A stretch of 63,487 bases of DNA, filler included, from Octopus bimaculoides (GCF_001194135.2; 4 parts of 4 records of this genome joined end to end with filler, not necessarily neighbours in it), one strand, 5' to 3'; counted from the first letter of the whole stretch, positions 34,331-47,790 are shown. Numbers and translations: made by a program. The notes: a model not told the origin generated them from the letters alone.

Positions 34331-34560
34331 CATGTATGTGTTTGTTGTTTGTGTCTGTGTTTATCTCCCCACCATCGCTTGACAACCGATGTTGGTATAT
34401 TCACGTCCCCGTCACTTAGCGGTTCGGCAAAAGAGATCGATAGAATAAGTACTAGGCTTACAAAGAATAAGTCCTGGGATCGATTTATTCGACTAAAAAA
34501 GGTGCTCCAGCATGGCTGCAGTCAAATGACTAAAACAAGTAAAAGAATAAAAGAATATAT
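34325..34560 (+). mobile_element. SINE family B 3' half
   Basis: Near-consensus CCACCATCGCTTGACAACCGATG..GACTAAAACAAGTAAAAG. Confidence 0.85.
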
Positions 34561-34629
34561 ATATATGATGGATTCTCTCGTCGTGAACGGCTAATGACGG
34601 TTCAGTAAAATAAAGCGTTAATCATGTTC

Positions 34630-35200
34630 TATAAACACGAATGTGTCTCCTTAAGGCCCTGCTGTGTTGCCTTGCAAACCTTTTGGCAAATGGAACAAGT
34701 TGAGGACTCAGTTTGCTTGAGTGCTTGTGGATCAATCAGTATGTGTCTTCTTGGGTGGACGGTAAGGCCTGCTTTGATTCGTGCTACAAAACCCCAATGA
34801 CAGGTAAGGTTTCCATGGGGCGGTACATCTGTCAAACGGTAACGCAGGTCTCCCAAGGTGAGCTCAGCGTGGACAGAAACCACACGCCGAGCAAAAGGGC
34901 AAAAGCTCGATCGATCTCGATTTTCAGTATTTTCCCAGCGTGCCTTAATGCTTACACGAAGTTGGTCCCGACGCTGGAGTCGACTTTGCTGAAAACTTTG
35001 AATTGAGAAGCAGGGCTGGCGCCAGGTCCTGCGTTCTGATGCTTTGTTTTCTCAGGAAGAAAAAGAAATGTTGCATCGTTTCAGATTGTCTTTCGGTTTC
35101 TCTTTGAAGCGCAAGAGTAGCCTTCCAACTGACCTTCCTTTGAGAATTGGCCAAAGAGATGTTGCTTCGGAATTCTTATATCATTCGTACATGAGAGGAC
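34630..35200 (-). pseudogene. RTE (BovB-like) LINE C-terminal fragment with terminal Cys-x2-Cys motif
   Basis: Minus frames: DIRIPKQHLFGQ..RSVGRLLLRFKEKPKDNLKRCNI..(W)ENKASERRTWRQ..TCSICQKVCK; frameshifted. Confidence 0.75.
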
Positions 35201-35342
35201 GCTTATCATACATACATATACACACACACATACACACATACATACACACATATGCACACAGATACAGACACACACACATATATATCAATATACATACACA
35301 AATGTGTGTGTGTATGCATGTGTGTGTGCATGTGTGTGTGCA

Positions 35343-35374
<32 letters not shown>

Positions 35375-35449
35375 TGTGCCTATATACATACAAACACACA
35401 TTCACACGCACGCATATATCGCCTATATTCATGCTTTAATATACAAACA

Positions 35450-35481
<32 letters not shown>

Positions 35482-35493
35482 CTTATAAATCCC

Positions 35494-35544
<51 letters not shown>

Positions 35545-35872
35545 TACACACACACACACACAGATGGTATACACATACACGTGCCTGCCGTCTTCCTCTA
35601 CAAACAGAACACTAAATTAGAAAACAATAGAGCACAAATTGTAAGAGGCAGCCAGTCCAGCTCAATTTCTTTTATTCCACAGAACAGAGACAGTAGAATT
35701 TGCTCCATTTACTGGCTCTATTGTAATAATCCACAGTTGTTATTTTGGTCGCCATAGTTCCAATTGTGTGTCTTCTTTTCGCTCACAATGCCTGCTTTCA
35801 TTTCACATCGTTGGTCACGCTCTAATTGTTAAAGTCCTGCTTCTTCTAATGTTTTCACTGATAAAAATCTGG

Positions 35873-36045
35873 CAGTGAATTGACAGAATCGGTAGAACGC
35901 CGGAGAAAATGTTTAACGACATTTCTTCCGGCTCTTTACGTTCTGATTTCGAATACCATCGAGGTCAGCTTTTCCTTTCGTCCTTTCGGGGTCAATAAAA
36001 TAAAGTATTAGTCAAGTACTGGGGTCGATATAATGAACCCAGTGT
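35873..36045 (+). mobile_element. SINE family A
   Basis: Head and core homology. Confidence 0.8.
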
Positions 36046-36924
36046 AGGTTCAAAGGCTATCTACCAATAACACTGACCCTTAGAAATTCCGGGTTGGTGT
36101 CTGACCTGCTGGAAGACCATTCGGAGTGAGGCACCCCTTAGCTTTCGTTAAATCACGTCTCTAGAACCCGCTTGAAACCCTAGCTACGTCTGATCCAATA
36201 ATTGGTGGTGCCTTGGTCAGTGAATCCTCTGCGACGGTCGACAATCGATGGCAAGACGGACTGCTACGGATCACACCATACCAAAATAAATATCCATGAG
36301 ACCGAGGAGCACAAGTGAATTTGTTTTCCCACTGGAACTGCGAACATGAGTCGTTGGTCGGAGCCTGCTGGACCCACCCCGGATGAATGCTGCCTCAAGT
36401 ACAAGTAAATAGTACTACCCTCCTCACCTCAAAATTGCTGGCCTTCTGCCAAAAGGAGAAAGCTTTTTTCAAAGCTATTATATTCGAATTTAGTTAGCAG
36501 GACTGTTATCTTGAGGTTTGGTCACAAGTCCCTTCAATTCCCAATAATCCTTACTGGGATTCTTACCGAATGCAAGATGGCATATTTCTGTAGGTTGACA
36601 ATGCAAGTCTCATTTCCAATATCCTTCAGTCTCCCAAGATAGTAGTCCGCGTGTTGTGCCAAGTGCACCAACAATCACAAGAACAAACGTCACCTTTGCT
36701 GTTTCTTAAAAATCACGTGATACATCGATACTGAACGCAGTTATCATAATACCTTTTTTTATTCAGTATAGTACAATTTCCTATCCACGCTCTTCAGACA
36801 ATTAATGAAATGATAATTCATATCGTTATTAAGATGTGGTGTTGCAGTGGTCTGTTCCGTAAATTGGTGCCACTAAAAAAAGAAAGCAATCCTTCCAACC
36901 TCCCCCCTCTTTTCTCTCTCCTTC

Positions 36925-36961
<37 letters not shown>

Positions 36962-37659
36962 CTTCTTCTTCTTCTTCTTCTTCTTCTTCCATAGATTTAT
37001 ATATGTATGTGTATATATTGCATATCCTTAAATACGTTTACGCAGTCCTTTTATAGTCAAATTTGTGAATGTTTATCAGTTGTATGAATACTTGCACACG
37101 AGAAATTTCTCCCCAGGATGCAAACTTCAACGTTTTAATATTCTGTTGAAAGCCTAGCACTCACCCATACAAGCAAGCCGTCCACAGAAAAGCAAAGATC
37201 GCTACAGCTTGGCACCAGTGTCGTTGCATGTGTTGTACTCAATACGTAAAAGACTCAGAACAGAGATTACAAGTTATTTCACTTGATACTCAAAGAATTC
37301 CACCAATACACCGCCCGGGCTGTTTTTGCTTTGTCTCGTTTTTGTTTTCACTGACCCCGGAATGACAAAAAGCAAATCGATAGGATTTCAACTCAGTGAG
37401 ATGATCATCGGAAAAAATAGAACTTGGCATAGTATCCGAGCTCTAACGACTCAGCCACTTCACTACTCTTTCTTTTAATAAACTATTGTCTTGTTCACAT
37501 GTGGTCCCCCTAACGGTCACAGTTATTGCAAGGGAGATAATCATTTCGTCATAATTCAAAACAGGATTAAAAATTTGAAATTGAAATTAAGGAATTAACA
37601 GTAAAAAGGTGCATAGAATTCATGTATTTATTCCTTTTTGTTTATTTAATAGAACTCAA

Positions 37660-38170
<511 letters not shown>

Positions 38171-39189
38171 GTCGTTGGCAATCATGTGTGATACCATTTC
38201 ATTCTTTATAGAAATCATCAGCATGATACAACCTGTGATTCACGAAGTCAATATTTTAAGAATTAAAGCATTTTATTAACAATGGAAATAATTGGAGGAA
38301 TTCATGAATTTTTTTCTTCTTCTTCATAAAATGTCAATAGATTAGGAATAGAGAGAAAAGAGAGAAAGTCCTTGTTTACCTACAGAATAATAACTGTTTC
38401 CATGGAATTCTTCTGTGTGAAAATGTCTTATAGTAACCAATAATTTTAGCATTAAACAGAAACACGAACTGTCAAACTGGAATTTGCTAATAAAGTATCT
38501 TTGAAGAATTACTGAGCCGTAGATAATTTATTGGGTTTTTTCCTGTGATTTGGTGATCAGATTTAAAAGAGATTGTTGGTTTGCTAATCGAAAATTCATT
38601 GGAAATTGACATATTGTTCAAAAATGAACTCTTACAGACAGACCCGTGTGGTATGACACCAATGTTCACATCTGTAACATCTGAGAGAAAGTTTTGTTTG
38701 TTTGTTGAAGAATTGACAGGAACTTGAATGGGCAGATCATAAACCATTTAACACTGGTGATATTAGAATTGATAAATTGGACAGTGTGGTTGTTTTGAGT
38801 GTTCAAAATCACATCGAAATCGATAACTAATCAATTAGTAACATTTTTCTCACGAAAGAGAGAAAGAGAGAAAGAGGCGGGTGCGTGAGGAAGTAACGGT
38901 TCAAGGTAAAAGAGATTTCACACGAATCTCTTTAAATAAGACTATCCGTTTCCAACCGCAGCTTTCTGTGAAGTAGTCAGATAAAATCTAGAATGTGAGC
39001 AAACTAGTGTGGAGTGGATGAATGGTTCTTGGTCAGGAAAAATTAATCCAAAGAGGAGTTCTTAGAAGAAGAATTTCGGCAAATTCTCAGGATGAGCGTA
39101 AAATTTAACGTTTCGGTGATTTATTTCCCTTCCTGCTGAATGTTGTGAAGGATTTGTCACTTTGGTAACTAGCAAATATATTGTTCTAT

Positions 39190-39305
39190 ATTTAAGAAAT
39201 TTCCCCAAGACACCTGATGAAGGTTGGAGGGTATATCAGCCGAGACGTTGTGTTAACAACAAACAAGATGAGGACAAATATCCGTCAAATGTAAATAATG
39301 TAAAT
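39190..39305 (+). mobile_element. PLE family-1 tail, 5'-truncated, with hammerhead motif at 39209-39254 (GAGA for GAAA)
   Basis: GACAC-CTGATGA-A-GGTTG-N10-CAGCC-GAGA-CGTT-GTGTT. Confidence 0.75.
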
Positions 39306-39859
39306 ACAGCAAATATATTATTATCTGATACAGACGTCTCTGTCCGTGGCTCACCGTTTGCACATGGAATCGAAGAATTGTACATAAAAAGAGGGGAAGT
39401 TTCTACGTTGATTCTTTCCCTCCAAGATGTTCGGATTTGAACGATAATGGATGACTATTGAGAAACGTCTTTAAAGTTCTTTAAGCGTTCGGTTAGAGGA
39501 TTAAGGGTAGTAATAGAGCGAACGAGAAAGAGAGAGAAAGACTGACAGACAGAAATTTCTTACCAACAGTTTCCGGACACAAACCACCAAACTGAAAACC
39601 AGAGAGAGGTGCACGAGAGTACGAACTGTCTTCTTCCTCTAACACATCTCTAATACATTGAGATGGTGGAACCATCGTCGTCCACTTGAATCTTTCAGTG
39701 TCTGGGCCTTAGAGTTGCTGTTGAGTCAATGATAATAGTAACAATGGTCAATGAAAAAGTATAATGCGCCAATAATTGTTGGTGTCCTGGATACAGTGAG
39801 CAAAGAAATTAAAGCAAAAAGTGAAAGGGGTACAGTGAACTTGCCGTGAGGAGTTGAAT

Positions 39860-39894
39860 ATCCAACGTTTCGGATTCAGTCCTTCGTCAAGGAT
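39860..39894 (-). ncRNA. Minimal type-I hammerhead ribozyme (U3 variant), apparently intact
   Basis: Minus strand ATCC-TTGACGA-A-GGA-CTGAA-TCC-GAAA-CGTT-GGAT: 4-bp stem I, 3-bp stem II, ACGT palindromic stem III, GUU triplet. Confidence 0.7.
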
Positions 39895-40169
39895 TTTCAT
39901 CGTATAGTTCGTGGCCCCATCGTAGATACGAAGGGGGTCGTGAGGATGTTAATAGCGAAAATAAAATGGAAAAGATGTGTGTCAGTATACAGTGTGTGTG
40001 ATTATTTAGTGGTTATTGATGTGTGTCAGTCTCGAGCAGGATTCGAAACGGCTGTTGTTTACATCTCAGTTTTGTCAATCAAAATAACCCATGGTGCCAG
40101 AACTTCCAGACATTATTCGCATAGAACAGTGAGAGGTAAGTCTTAGTTTGATTTTTTGCAACCCTAAAG

Positions 40170-40357
40170 ATTCCCCTCGCGCATTCACAGCAAACAAGGC
40201 ACAGGGCCAGACTTTAGATCGTGTAGGTGTATTTTTACCCACTCCGATGTTTATACACGGCCAGTTATACACCACTATGAGTAGAGCAACGGAATCCAGT
40301 AATTTGAAAATTAGTGTCGACCAAACAAAAAATATCGTCAACAAAGAAGTTTTGTAA
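40170..40357 (+). pseudogene. Helitron RepHel Pif1-like helicase C-terminal fragment
   Basis: AFTANKAQGQTLDRVGVFLPTPMFIHGQLYTTMSRA..NLKI..TKNIVNKEVL* matches the Helitron motif TINKSQGQTL..VG..L...VF.HGQLYVA.SR and terminal T.NIVY.EVL. Confidence 0.85.
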
Positions 40358-40799
40358 TCATATTGGTATTATCGAAAGAAATATGATTCAGAATTTAAAT
40401 AAGGAAATTTGTGAACTTTGAATGTATAAGAGTATAAACAAGCATAAAATAATATAAACAACAGAAATAAAAGTATAAATAATATTTTTTCTTAATACCT
40501 TTTATGTAGTGGTCGAAGGAAGCTCTGGCTTTCATTAGGAGTGGTCCACATAACCATTCATGATACAGAGGCTGAGAGCCTATTTCAGTTCGGGAATGAT
40601 TTGTCATCACATGTCACTTAGTCACAAGCACATGTCATATAGCTACAATAATGTGATTTCTGTAAGATATCACCCAGTAATCTATCAATTCCATTTACAC
40701 ATTTCTCAATACATACTGCTGTTATGACTTCCCTTCCTCATTTTATGCCTTCCTCGCAGATGCGTAGATTTGCTAGTAATAATAATGATGATGCTTTCA

Positions 40800-41228
40800 A
40801 AATTTCGGCATAAAGCCCACAGTTTTGACGAGAGGGGTTAGTCGATACCATTCAATACCAACACTCGACTGGTACTTTATTTTATCGACCTCGAATCGAA
40901 GAAAGGTAAAGTTGGCTTTGACGTCATTTGAACTCAGGACGTAAATAACCAGAAGAAACACTGCTAAGCGCTTTATCCGCCGCGCTAACTATTCTGCCAG
41001 CTCAGTAATGGCTTCTGGTTCAGGCACCAGGTCAACAATTTTGAGGGAAGGAAATAGGTCGATACTTTCGCCCCACCCCCCATGCTTAAGTGGTTCTCTG
41101 TCTTATAGACTCCAGAGGGGCGAAAGGCGAAGTTGAACTCGGCGGGTATTTGAACTCGAAATGTAAAGAGTCGTGAAAAATGCTGCGAATCGTTTTTCCG
41201 ATGCTCAAACAATTCTGCCATCTCGATA
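40800..41228 (-). mobile_element. Two adjacent SINE family A copies (about 40800-41000 and 41015-41228)
   Basis: Reverse-complement head and core homology. Confidence 0.8.
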
Positions 41229-41732
41229 ATGAGTGGGCTGTTTTACTAACCTTTAATACTTTCACCAGGCCTAACAATGATTAAAGGAAAAACCCTAAAG
41301 AGGAATTTAGCAGTCACCGTATTCACTGGCGTCGATATCTTATGGGAGTGCTGCATTCCAATGGTATCTTCCTTCAGATTAACTGCATACTTGTTTATAT
41401 TTTCGTCAAGAGAATTTCCATACAGGATGTGAGACTCGTATTTCCGGTTGTGATGACTTGTGTTACTGCAATCCAGCATCAGGACGATGCAACACCGCTA
41501 TGGTTTTGTTGTCATCCATTTGTTGCAAACAGCTAATAAAAGGATAAAAGTTTAACATTGCTTTCAGATATCTAGGAGAATTTTAATTTGGACAATTTGA
41601 AAAAGGTGGTCAAAGGTAACACAGCCATTAAATAATGTAAGACACATTTTGGGTGTGGGTCATGTATGATGCGGAAGGAGAAACATTGACATGGACCGCA
41701 CCTCCTTTCGGGTTTTTTTTTTTTTTTTTTTT

Positions 41733-41832
41733 NNNNNNNNNNNNNNNNNNNNNNNNNNNNNNNNNNNNNNNNNNNNTTAATTAATTAANNNNNNNNNNNN
41801 NNNNNNNNNNNNNNNNNNNNNNNNNNNNNNNN
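41733..41832. other. Assembly gap linker (44 N + TTAATTAATTAA + 44 N)
   Basis: Same construct as 19821-19920. Confidence 0.95.
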
Positions 41833-42249
41833 GAGAGAGAGGGAGAGAGAGAGAGGGAGAGAGAGAGAGGGAGAGAGAGAGGGAGAGAGAGAGGTTGTTA
41901 TTCGGATGGTACTCAATCTCAGTTGAGACAGAAGCAACCTGGGGCAACTTGGAATAAAGTATGTCGCTCAAATCAAGGACGCAATGAGTCGCCTGGTTCA
42001 GGAATCGAAACTGAAACCTTATAACCGTGAGCTTAACATGCTAACTATTAGGTCATCTTTCTGTGCATAAAATGAACCACAATGAACGTCACACAATATA
42101 CTGCACAGCGTATCAGGTTTATCAGAAACTAAACTGAAAGATCTCGACAAGGAAATTCCCTGGGAAATGTGAGAAGCATTGTTTGTTGTTGTGGAAGGCT
42201 TCAAATTCAGACAATCTCAGTCACCACCTGAGCAACTAGCTCCAAATAC

Positions 42250-42670
42250 CCACGCCCACACTCAAACATACACACACGCACGTGCGCACACACACACACA
42301 CACATGCATGGACATGCACATGTGCATGCACACATACACGCCCACACAGAGGAACAGACATACACACAAACACCTACACACTCACTCATGCACACATATA
42401 CATGTACACACATACGCAAGCACACACATAGACGCCCACACAAAGGAACATACACACATACACATGCACAAATGCACACACACGCCCTCACAGAGGAACA
42501 TACAGACATACACACAGACACATACATGCACACGCGTGTACACACACACGGACATATACAAGCACACACATACACGCACACATATGCACACATACCCACA
42601 TGCACACACACACGCATACATACACGGACACACACATAGAAACATAGACATGCACACACATACGCACACA
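42250..42670. repeat. Degenerate (CA)-rich simple repeat
   Basis: Directly visible; source of the His/Thr and Cys/Val pseudo-ORFs. Confidence 0.9.
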
Positions 42671-42679
42671 TACAGGATT

Positions 42680-42820
42680 ACTCACAGTTGAGTGGAGTGT
42701 AGCAACGTGAAATGAAGTGTTTTGCTCGAGAACAGAATGCACCGTCTGGTCGAGGAATCGAAACCACGATCTTCCGATCGCTGGTGGAACACCCTAACCA
42801 CTAGGCCACGCACCTTCAGC
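42680..42820 (-). mobile_element. SINE family E 5' part
   Basis: Minus strand GGCCTAGTGGTTAGGG..GGTTTCGATTCC head. Confidence 0.75.
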
Positions 42821-42879
42821 AAGACACACAAAGAAGACAAAAAGTCTTTGTGTGTCTTGGTGAAAATATACTTTTCTAC

Positions 42880-43082
42880 TCTAGGCACAAAGGCCGAAAT
42901 TTTGGTGGGAGGGGCTAGTCGATTAGATCGACCTCTGTACACAACTGGTACCTAATTTATCGATCTCCGGAAGGATGAAAGGCAAAGTCGACCCCGGCGG
43001 AATTTGAACTCAGAACGTAAAGACGGACGATATACCGCTAAGCATTTCGCCCGGCGTGCTAACGATTCTGCCATCTCGCCAC
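42880..43082 (-). mobile_element. SINE family A, young copy
   Basis: Near-consensus sequence, CpGs intact. Confidence 0.88.
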
Positions 43083-43611
43083 CTCAAGAAGAAGAAGAAG
43101 AAGACAGGAGGAGGAGGAGGAGGAGGAAGAGGAGGAAGAGGAGGAGGAGGAGAAGAAGAAGAAGAAGAAGAAGAAGAAGANNNNNNNNNNNNNNNNNNNN
43201 NNNNNNNNNNNNNNNNNNNNNNNNNNNNNNNNNNNNNNNNNNNNNNNNNNNNNNNNNNNNNNNNNNNNNNNNNNNNNNNNNNNNNNNNNNNNNNNNNNNN
43301 NNNNNNNNNNNNNNNNNNNNNNNNNNNNNNNNNNNNNNNNNNNNNNNNNNNNNNNNNNNNNNNNNNNNNNNNNNNNNNNNNNNNNNNNNNNNNNNNNNNN
43401 NNNNNNNNNNNNNNNNNNNNNNNNNNNNNNNNNNNNNNNNNNNNNNNNNNNNNNNNNNNNNNNNNNNNNNNNNNNNNNNNNNNNNNNNNNNNNNNNNNNN
43501 NNNNNNNNNNNNNNNNNNNNNNNNNNNNNNNNNNNNNNNNNNNNNNNNNNNNNNNNNNNNNNNNNNNNNNNNNNNNNNNNNNNNNNNNNNNNNNNNNNNN
43601 NNNNNNNNNNN

Positions 43612-43654
<43 letters not shown>

Positions 43655-43784
43655 CTGCAACATTGATAACAACAATAACAGCAGCAGGAGCGGTAGCGAC
43701 AACTACAGCAACAACAACAACAACAACAACAAAGACATCAGCAGCAGCGGCAACAACAACAGAAACTTCATATTTAGTTTCACT

Positions 43785-44205
43785 GAAGGCGGTGAGCTGG
43801 CAGAAACGTTAGCGCGCAGGACGAAATGCTTAGTGGTATTTCGTCTGCCGTTACGTTCTGGGTTCAAATTCCGCCGAGGTCGACTTTGCCTTTCATCCTT
43901 TCGGGGTTGATATAATCGACGCACTGGGGTTGATATAATCGACTTAATCTCTTTGTCTGTCCTTGTGTGTCCTCTCTATGTTTAGTCCCTTGTGGGCAAT
44001 AAAGAAATAAGAATCGTTAACAAACCAGGTAAAATGCTTAGCGGTATTTCGTCCGTCTTTACGTTCTAAGTTCAAATTCCTCCAAGGTCGACTTTGTCTT
44101 TCATCCTTTCCAGGGCCGATAAAATAAGTACCAGTGAAACATTGGGTTCGTTGTAATCGACTTAACGCTTCCCCAGAAAAATGTCTGGCCTTGTGTCAAA
44201 TTTTG
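43785..44205 (+). mobile_element. Head-to-tail pair of SINE family A copies (about 43785-44010 and 44015-44205)
   Basis: The second head starts at the AATAAAGAAATAAGAATCGTTA tail of the first. Confidence 0.85.
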
Positions 44206-44528
44206 AAACCGATATTTAGTTTCACTCTATTTCCTTCTGGTGTCAAATCTAGTCGGTTCTCGTCTATCAACGAAATAAATACGAGTGCTGTTATGCATCA
44301 CGAGTCCACACGAAAGGCCCTCTCAGCGTAGACAATGCAGTATTTTGTGTTCGTACATAACCTCCACTTTAAGTTGGTGATCAAGATTGACTTCGGTGTG
44401 TTATTGACAATAAAATGCGTGTAGGTCAAATCTAGAAATCCAAGCAACCCAAATACAAACGAATACGTGTTCGGTCTGAGATGTAGGCAGAACCTTCGAG
44501 AGAAATTTGTTAAGGTGGAACAATTCTA

Positions 44529-44756
44529 TTGGGTTGTCCGGAAAGTTCGTGCCGATTTTTAAGGGAGAGAAAAAGGTCAATAAATACTTGCCATTACATT
44601 TTTAATCAACCAAATATGAAGCATTTTGTTGCACAATGCGTCTCCATCTTTCCTTTAACTTGAAAATACCCTCTTCCCAGAATTGAGGTGGTTTCATGGC
44701 AAATAAGTCGAAAAGTAAGCTACTATAAATCGGCACGAACTTTCCGGACAACCCAA
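44529..44756 (-). mobile_element. Mariner internal-deletion derivative (MITE), 228 bp, perfect 30-bp TIRs, TA target-site duplication
   Basis: TA|TTGGGTTGTCCGGAAAGTTCGTGCCGATTT ... AAATCGGCACGAACTTTCCGGACAACCCAA|TA. Minus strand retains the transposase C-terminus FAMKPPQFWEEGIFKLKERWRRIVQQNASYLVD*. Confidence 0.93.
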
Positions 44757-45103
44757 TAGTTTTTAAACATCGAATGGCTATGGCGGTCCAACAGAATTTA
44801 ATCGAAATCAAGTATGTCTAGTGATTTTTAAAAAATGGTTAAAAACCTCTGTTATAGGCCCTAGATGTGATGGGTACAGTTTTCTCAAAATAGAGGTGAG
44901 GAACTCCATTGAACAAGAGTTAAGTTGAGCCATTTTCCTTTATTTGCAGACTAATTAATGCGTTTTGAGTAAATCTGAACGTGGCAGTTTATTTTCTTCC
45001 GCATTCTTAGAGCGTTTTGTATCACGTCAAATAAATTATTCATAGCGTAAACGTGTGCGTGTCTGGTCTCGCTTCGCTCAGCAACAGTAATCATCGTTGT
45101 TAA

Positions 45104-45134
<31 letters not shown>

Positions 45135-45319
45135 AGTGGAGGTGGTGGTGGTGGTGGTGATGTTGGTGGTGGTGGTGGTGATTGATGGCGATTTAAAAAA
45201 CGAAATGGGATTAAAAAAAATACACGTGTAAAACAAATAAGCAAAATAAGATGATTGATTGGGAAAAATCAGAAAGTTTATTGGTTAAAAAGTTAATTAA
45301 AATATGTTAATATCTGGAG

Positions 45320-45424
45320 CATGCCAAACACACACACACACACACACACTCACATATACACACTCACACAGTCGCTCTCTGTGTCTCACACACCGTCAAA
45401 CACATACTCACACGCACACACATC

Positions 45425-45458
<34 letters not shown>

Positions 45459-45619
45459 CCCTCTCTCTCTCTCCTCTCTNNNNNNNNNNNNNNNNNNNNN
45501 NNNNNNNNNNNNNNNNNNNNNNNNNNNNNNNNNNNNNNNNNNNNNNNNNNNNNNNNNNNNNNNNNNNNNNNNNNNNNNNNNNNNNNNNNNTCAAACACAT
45601 ACTCACACGCACACACATC

Positions 45620-45653
<34 letters not shown>

Positions 45654-46070
45654 CCCTCTCTCTCTCTCCTCTCTCACATACTCATTTATACACACACACC
45701 TCTCTCATACACCCAGTCACTCTCATACTCTTACACACGCCCTCTCTGTTTCTCTTTGTCTCTCTCTCTGTCTGTTCTCTCTCTCTCTCTCTCTCACTAA
45801 TTCATATACACAGACATGTGCACACACTTCCACTGTCTGTCTGTCTTTCTGTCTGTCTGTTTTTCTGTCTGTCTCTGTTTCTGTTTCTGTCTGTCTATCT
45901 GTCTGTCTGTCTCTCTCTCTCATACGCACACATAGTCACATATGCAGGTCCTCTCTCTCTCTCTTCCTTACTCTCTCTTTCACGGAGCCACACACACAAA
46001 TCCTCTCTATCCATCACTTATCCACACACACAAACCATATTCTCTCCGTCTCTCTCTCTCTATATATATA
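45320..46070. repeat. (CA)/(CT)/(CTGT)-rich simple repeat region
   Basis: Directly visible; includes a segment duplicated across an N gap. Confidence 0.9.
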
Positions 46071-46214
46071 TATATGGTTGTTATATGTTTTGATAACATA
46101 ACACAGGTTAGATAGGATGATGTCTATATTACAATATTTAAATAACCAATAATATGTTATGCATGTGTAGTAATATTACGATCATGAATTAGCATTAGCT
46201 TATCTCACTCTTTC

Positions 46215-46285
46215 TCGCGGAACCTCTAGGAACCTTTTGCGGAACCCTAGGGTTCCAGAGAATACCGAGTGAGAAACGTTGGGCT
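46215..46285 (+). mobile_element. Possible hAT (Charlie-like) MITE end
   Basis: CGCGGAACC..GGAACCCTAGGGTTCC..GTGAGAAACGTTGG resembles hAT-Charlie subterminal sequence from memory. Confidence 0.35.
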
Positions 46286-47704
46286 AGGGTGTTGAATTCA
46301 TGGTCGCAAGATCATGGTTTCGATTCCCGGATCGAACAATGCACGACCAAGATCCCCAAATGTTAGATTCTTCGATTCTTCAATCCTAATAACAATTATA
46401 CTGTGGTCTGTGTTGATCCCGCAGAATCCTTAAGCCGAAACTGCACTCGGTGTCCGTGCTGTATAAGTGACTGATTTTATACCATTCTCCCCGGAACGGG
46501 ACGCTGGATCGTTTTAGAAGTAAGTTCCTAAGTATGGAACTTCTTTACAGCTGAATAGACTGGAACAACGGGAAATGAAGTACAGACTATAGTTAGGGAC
46601 TTAACGAACCAGCGTCCAGTTCCGGTGAGAATGGTGCAATATCAGTGATTTATATAGCATGGACACCGGGTGAAGTTTCTGCCAAATGAATCTGCGGGAT
46701 CAAGACAGATCAAAGCCTAAATTGCTATTAAGATTGAAAAATCTAGCATTTAGGGTTCTTCATTTGAGATTGAAGAAGAAATAGAGAATGTGTCTGACGT
46801 TGTTTTGTTTGTAAGTCCGTTGGTAGGCCAAATTTTTAAATGTTTTTTAGACTGATTTGGAAAAAAAGATTATATCCATGGATTTCACAAGTCCTCTGAA
46901 TCTAGTGAAGTCGATGCCGTTAAAGTTCCGTTCAAACAGTCCCATGACAACAACAACAGACAAAAATCATTCACTTTGAGAATTCTAGAGGGTAGACATT
47001 ATATGAAGAAACACTGGGCTGTAGAAGTTAATTGTGATGGATACAATATGGGTGATGCGAATGAGAGAGACGTGTATCTTTAGAGTGCCTAAGTGGAAGT
47101 GATAGAAAATAAATTAATTCCCTAGAATAGAATCCATTATAGTAGTGGTAGAAAAAGCAGAAAGAAAAGACAGATTATTCCACGCTCTTTCATAGACTGA
47201 AGACATGCTTGTTCGTATTTCAGAAATAAGTATGATCTATGAACATTTTTTTTCAATTTTGATCACAGCTTTTCCCGTTAAAATGTACTCGGTATTCTTT
47301 TCATTTATATCTATGATATTTTAAATTCTTCCAATGGTTTCTAAGGAAACAAAAGCGTCATTGCTGGAATTTTCATAGTAACGTAACCTTCAAAATGAGA
47401 AACTATTGACGACTGTTGGTCAACGATTACCTTTTCCAGTTATCTATGTTATTGTCTCTCTTGCGTTTTCTGACAACATAAAGCACAGAACCAAATAGAG
47501 AGTTTACTAGTCACGAGTATTTAACAGAAGTCTATCATTATAAGAAAAATACTGAATTACAGAAAACACAATTCTAAATTATGTAGTAGTTATAACTGCA
47601 TGTCCACCAGAAGGTCTAGTCTTTTTTGCACTGTTGTGGCTTGTTTGCCCCAGTGACTCTGAGAGCTATACCAGCAAAGCACAGGGTCCTAGTAAGGTCT
47701 GTCC

Positions 47705-47790
47705 TTCCCCAAGACACCTGATGAAGGTTGGAGGGTATATCAGCCAAAACGTTGTGTTAACAACAAACAAGATGAGGACAAATATCAGAC
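47705..47790 (+). mobile_element. PLE family-1 tail with hammerhead motif at 47713-47758 (G12>A)
   Basis: GACAC-CTGATGA-A-GGTTG-N10-CAGCC-AAAA-CGTT-GTGTT; abuts a SINE C copy. Confidence 0.75.

Noticed and set aside
38480-38760. 86-aa minus-strand ORF as a host exon
   Set aside because: No recognisable domain or consistent splice sites; more likely a decayed repeat, family not assignable.
45385-45680. Tandem duplication either side of the 45480-45590 gap (also CTCTGTGCGCGC either side of 22214-22799)
   Set aside because: Identical sequence flanking a gap is most simply unmerged contig overlap.
46754-46810. Possible 57-nt exon (catttAG..GSSFEIEEEIENVSDVVLF..GTAAGT)
   Set aside because: Splice-like ends and phase symmetry can arise by chance; no recognisable homology and no partner exons found.
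46754-47090. Minus-strand reading frame MGLFERNFNGIDFTRFRGLVKSMDIIFF as a LINE endonuclease remnant
   Set aside because: Only a vague resemblance; stops upstream and no diagnostic motif.
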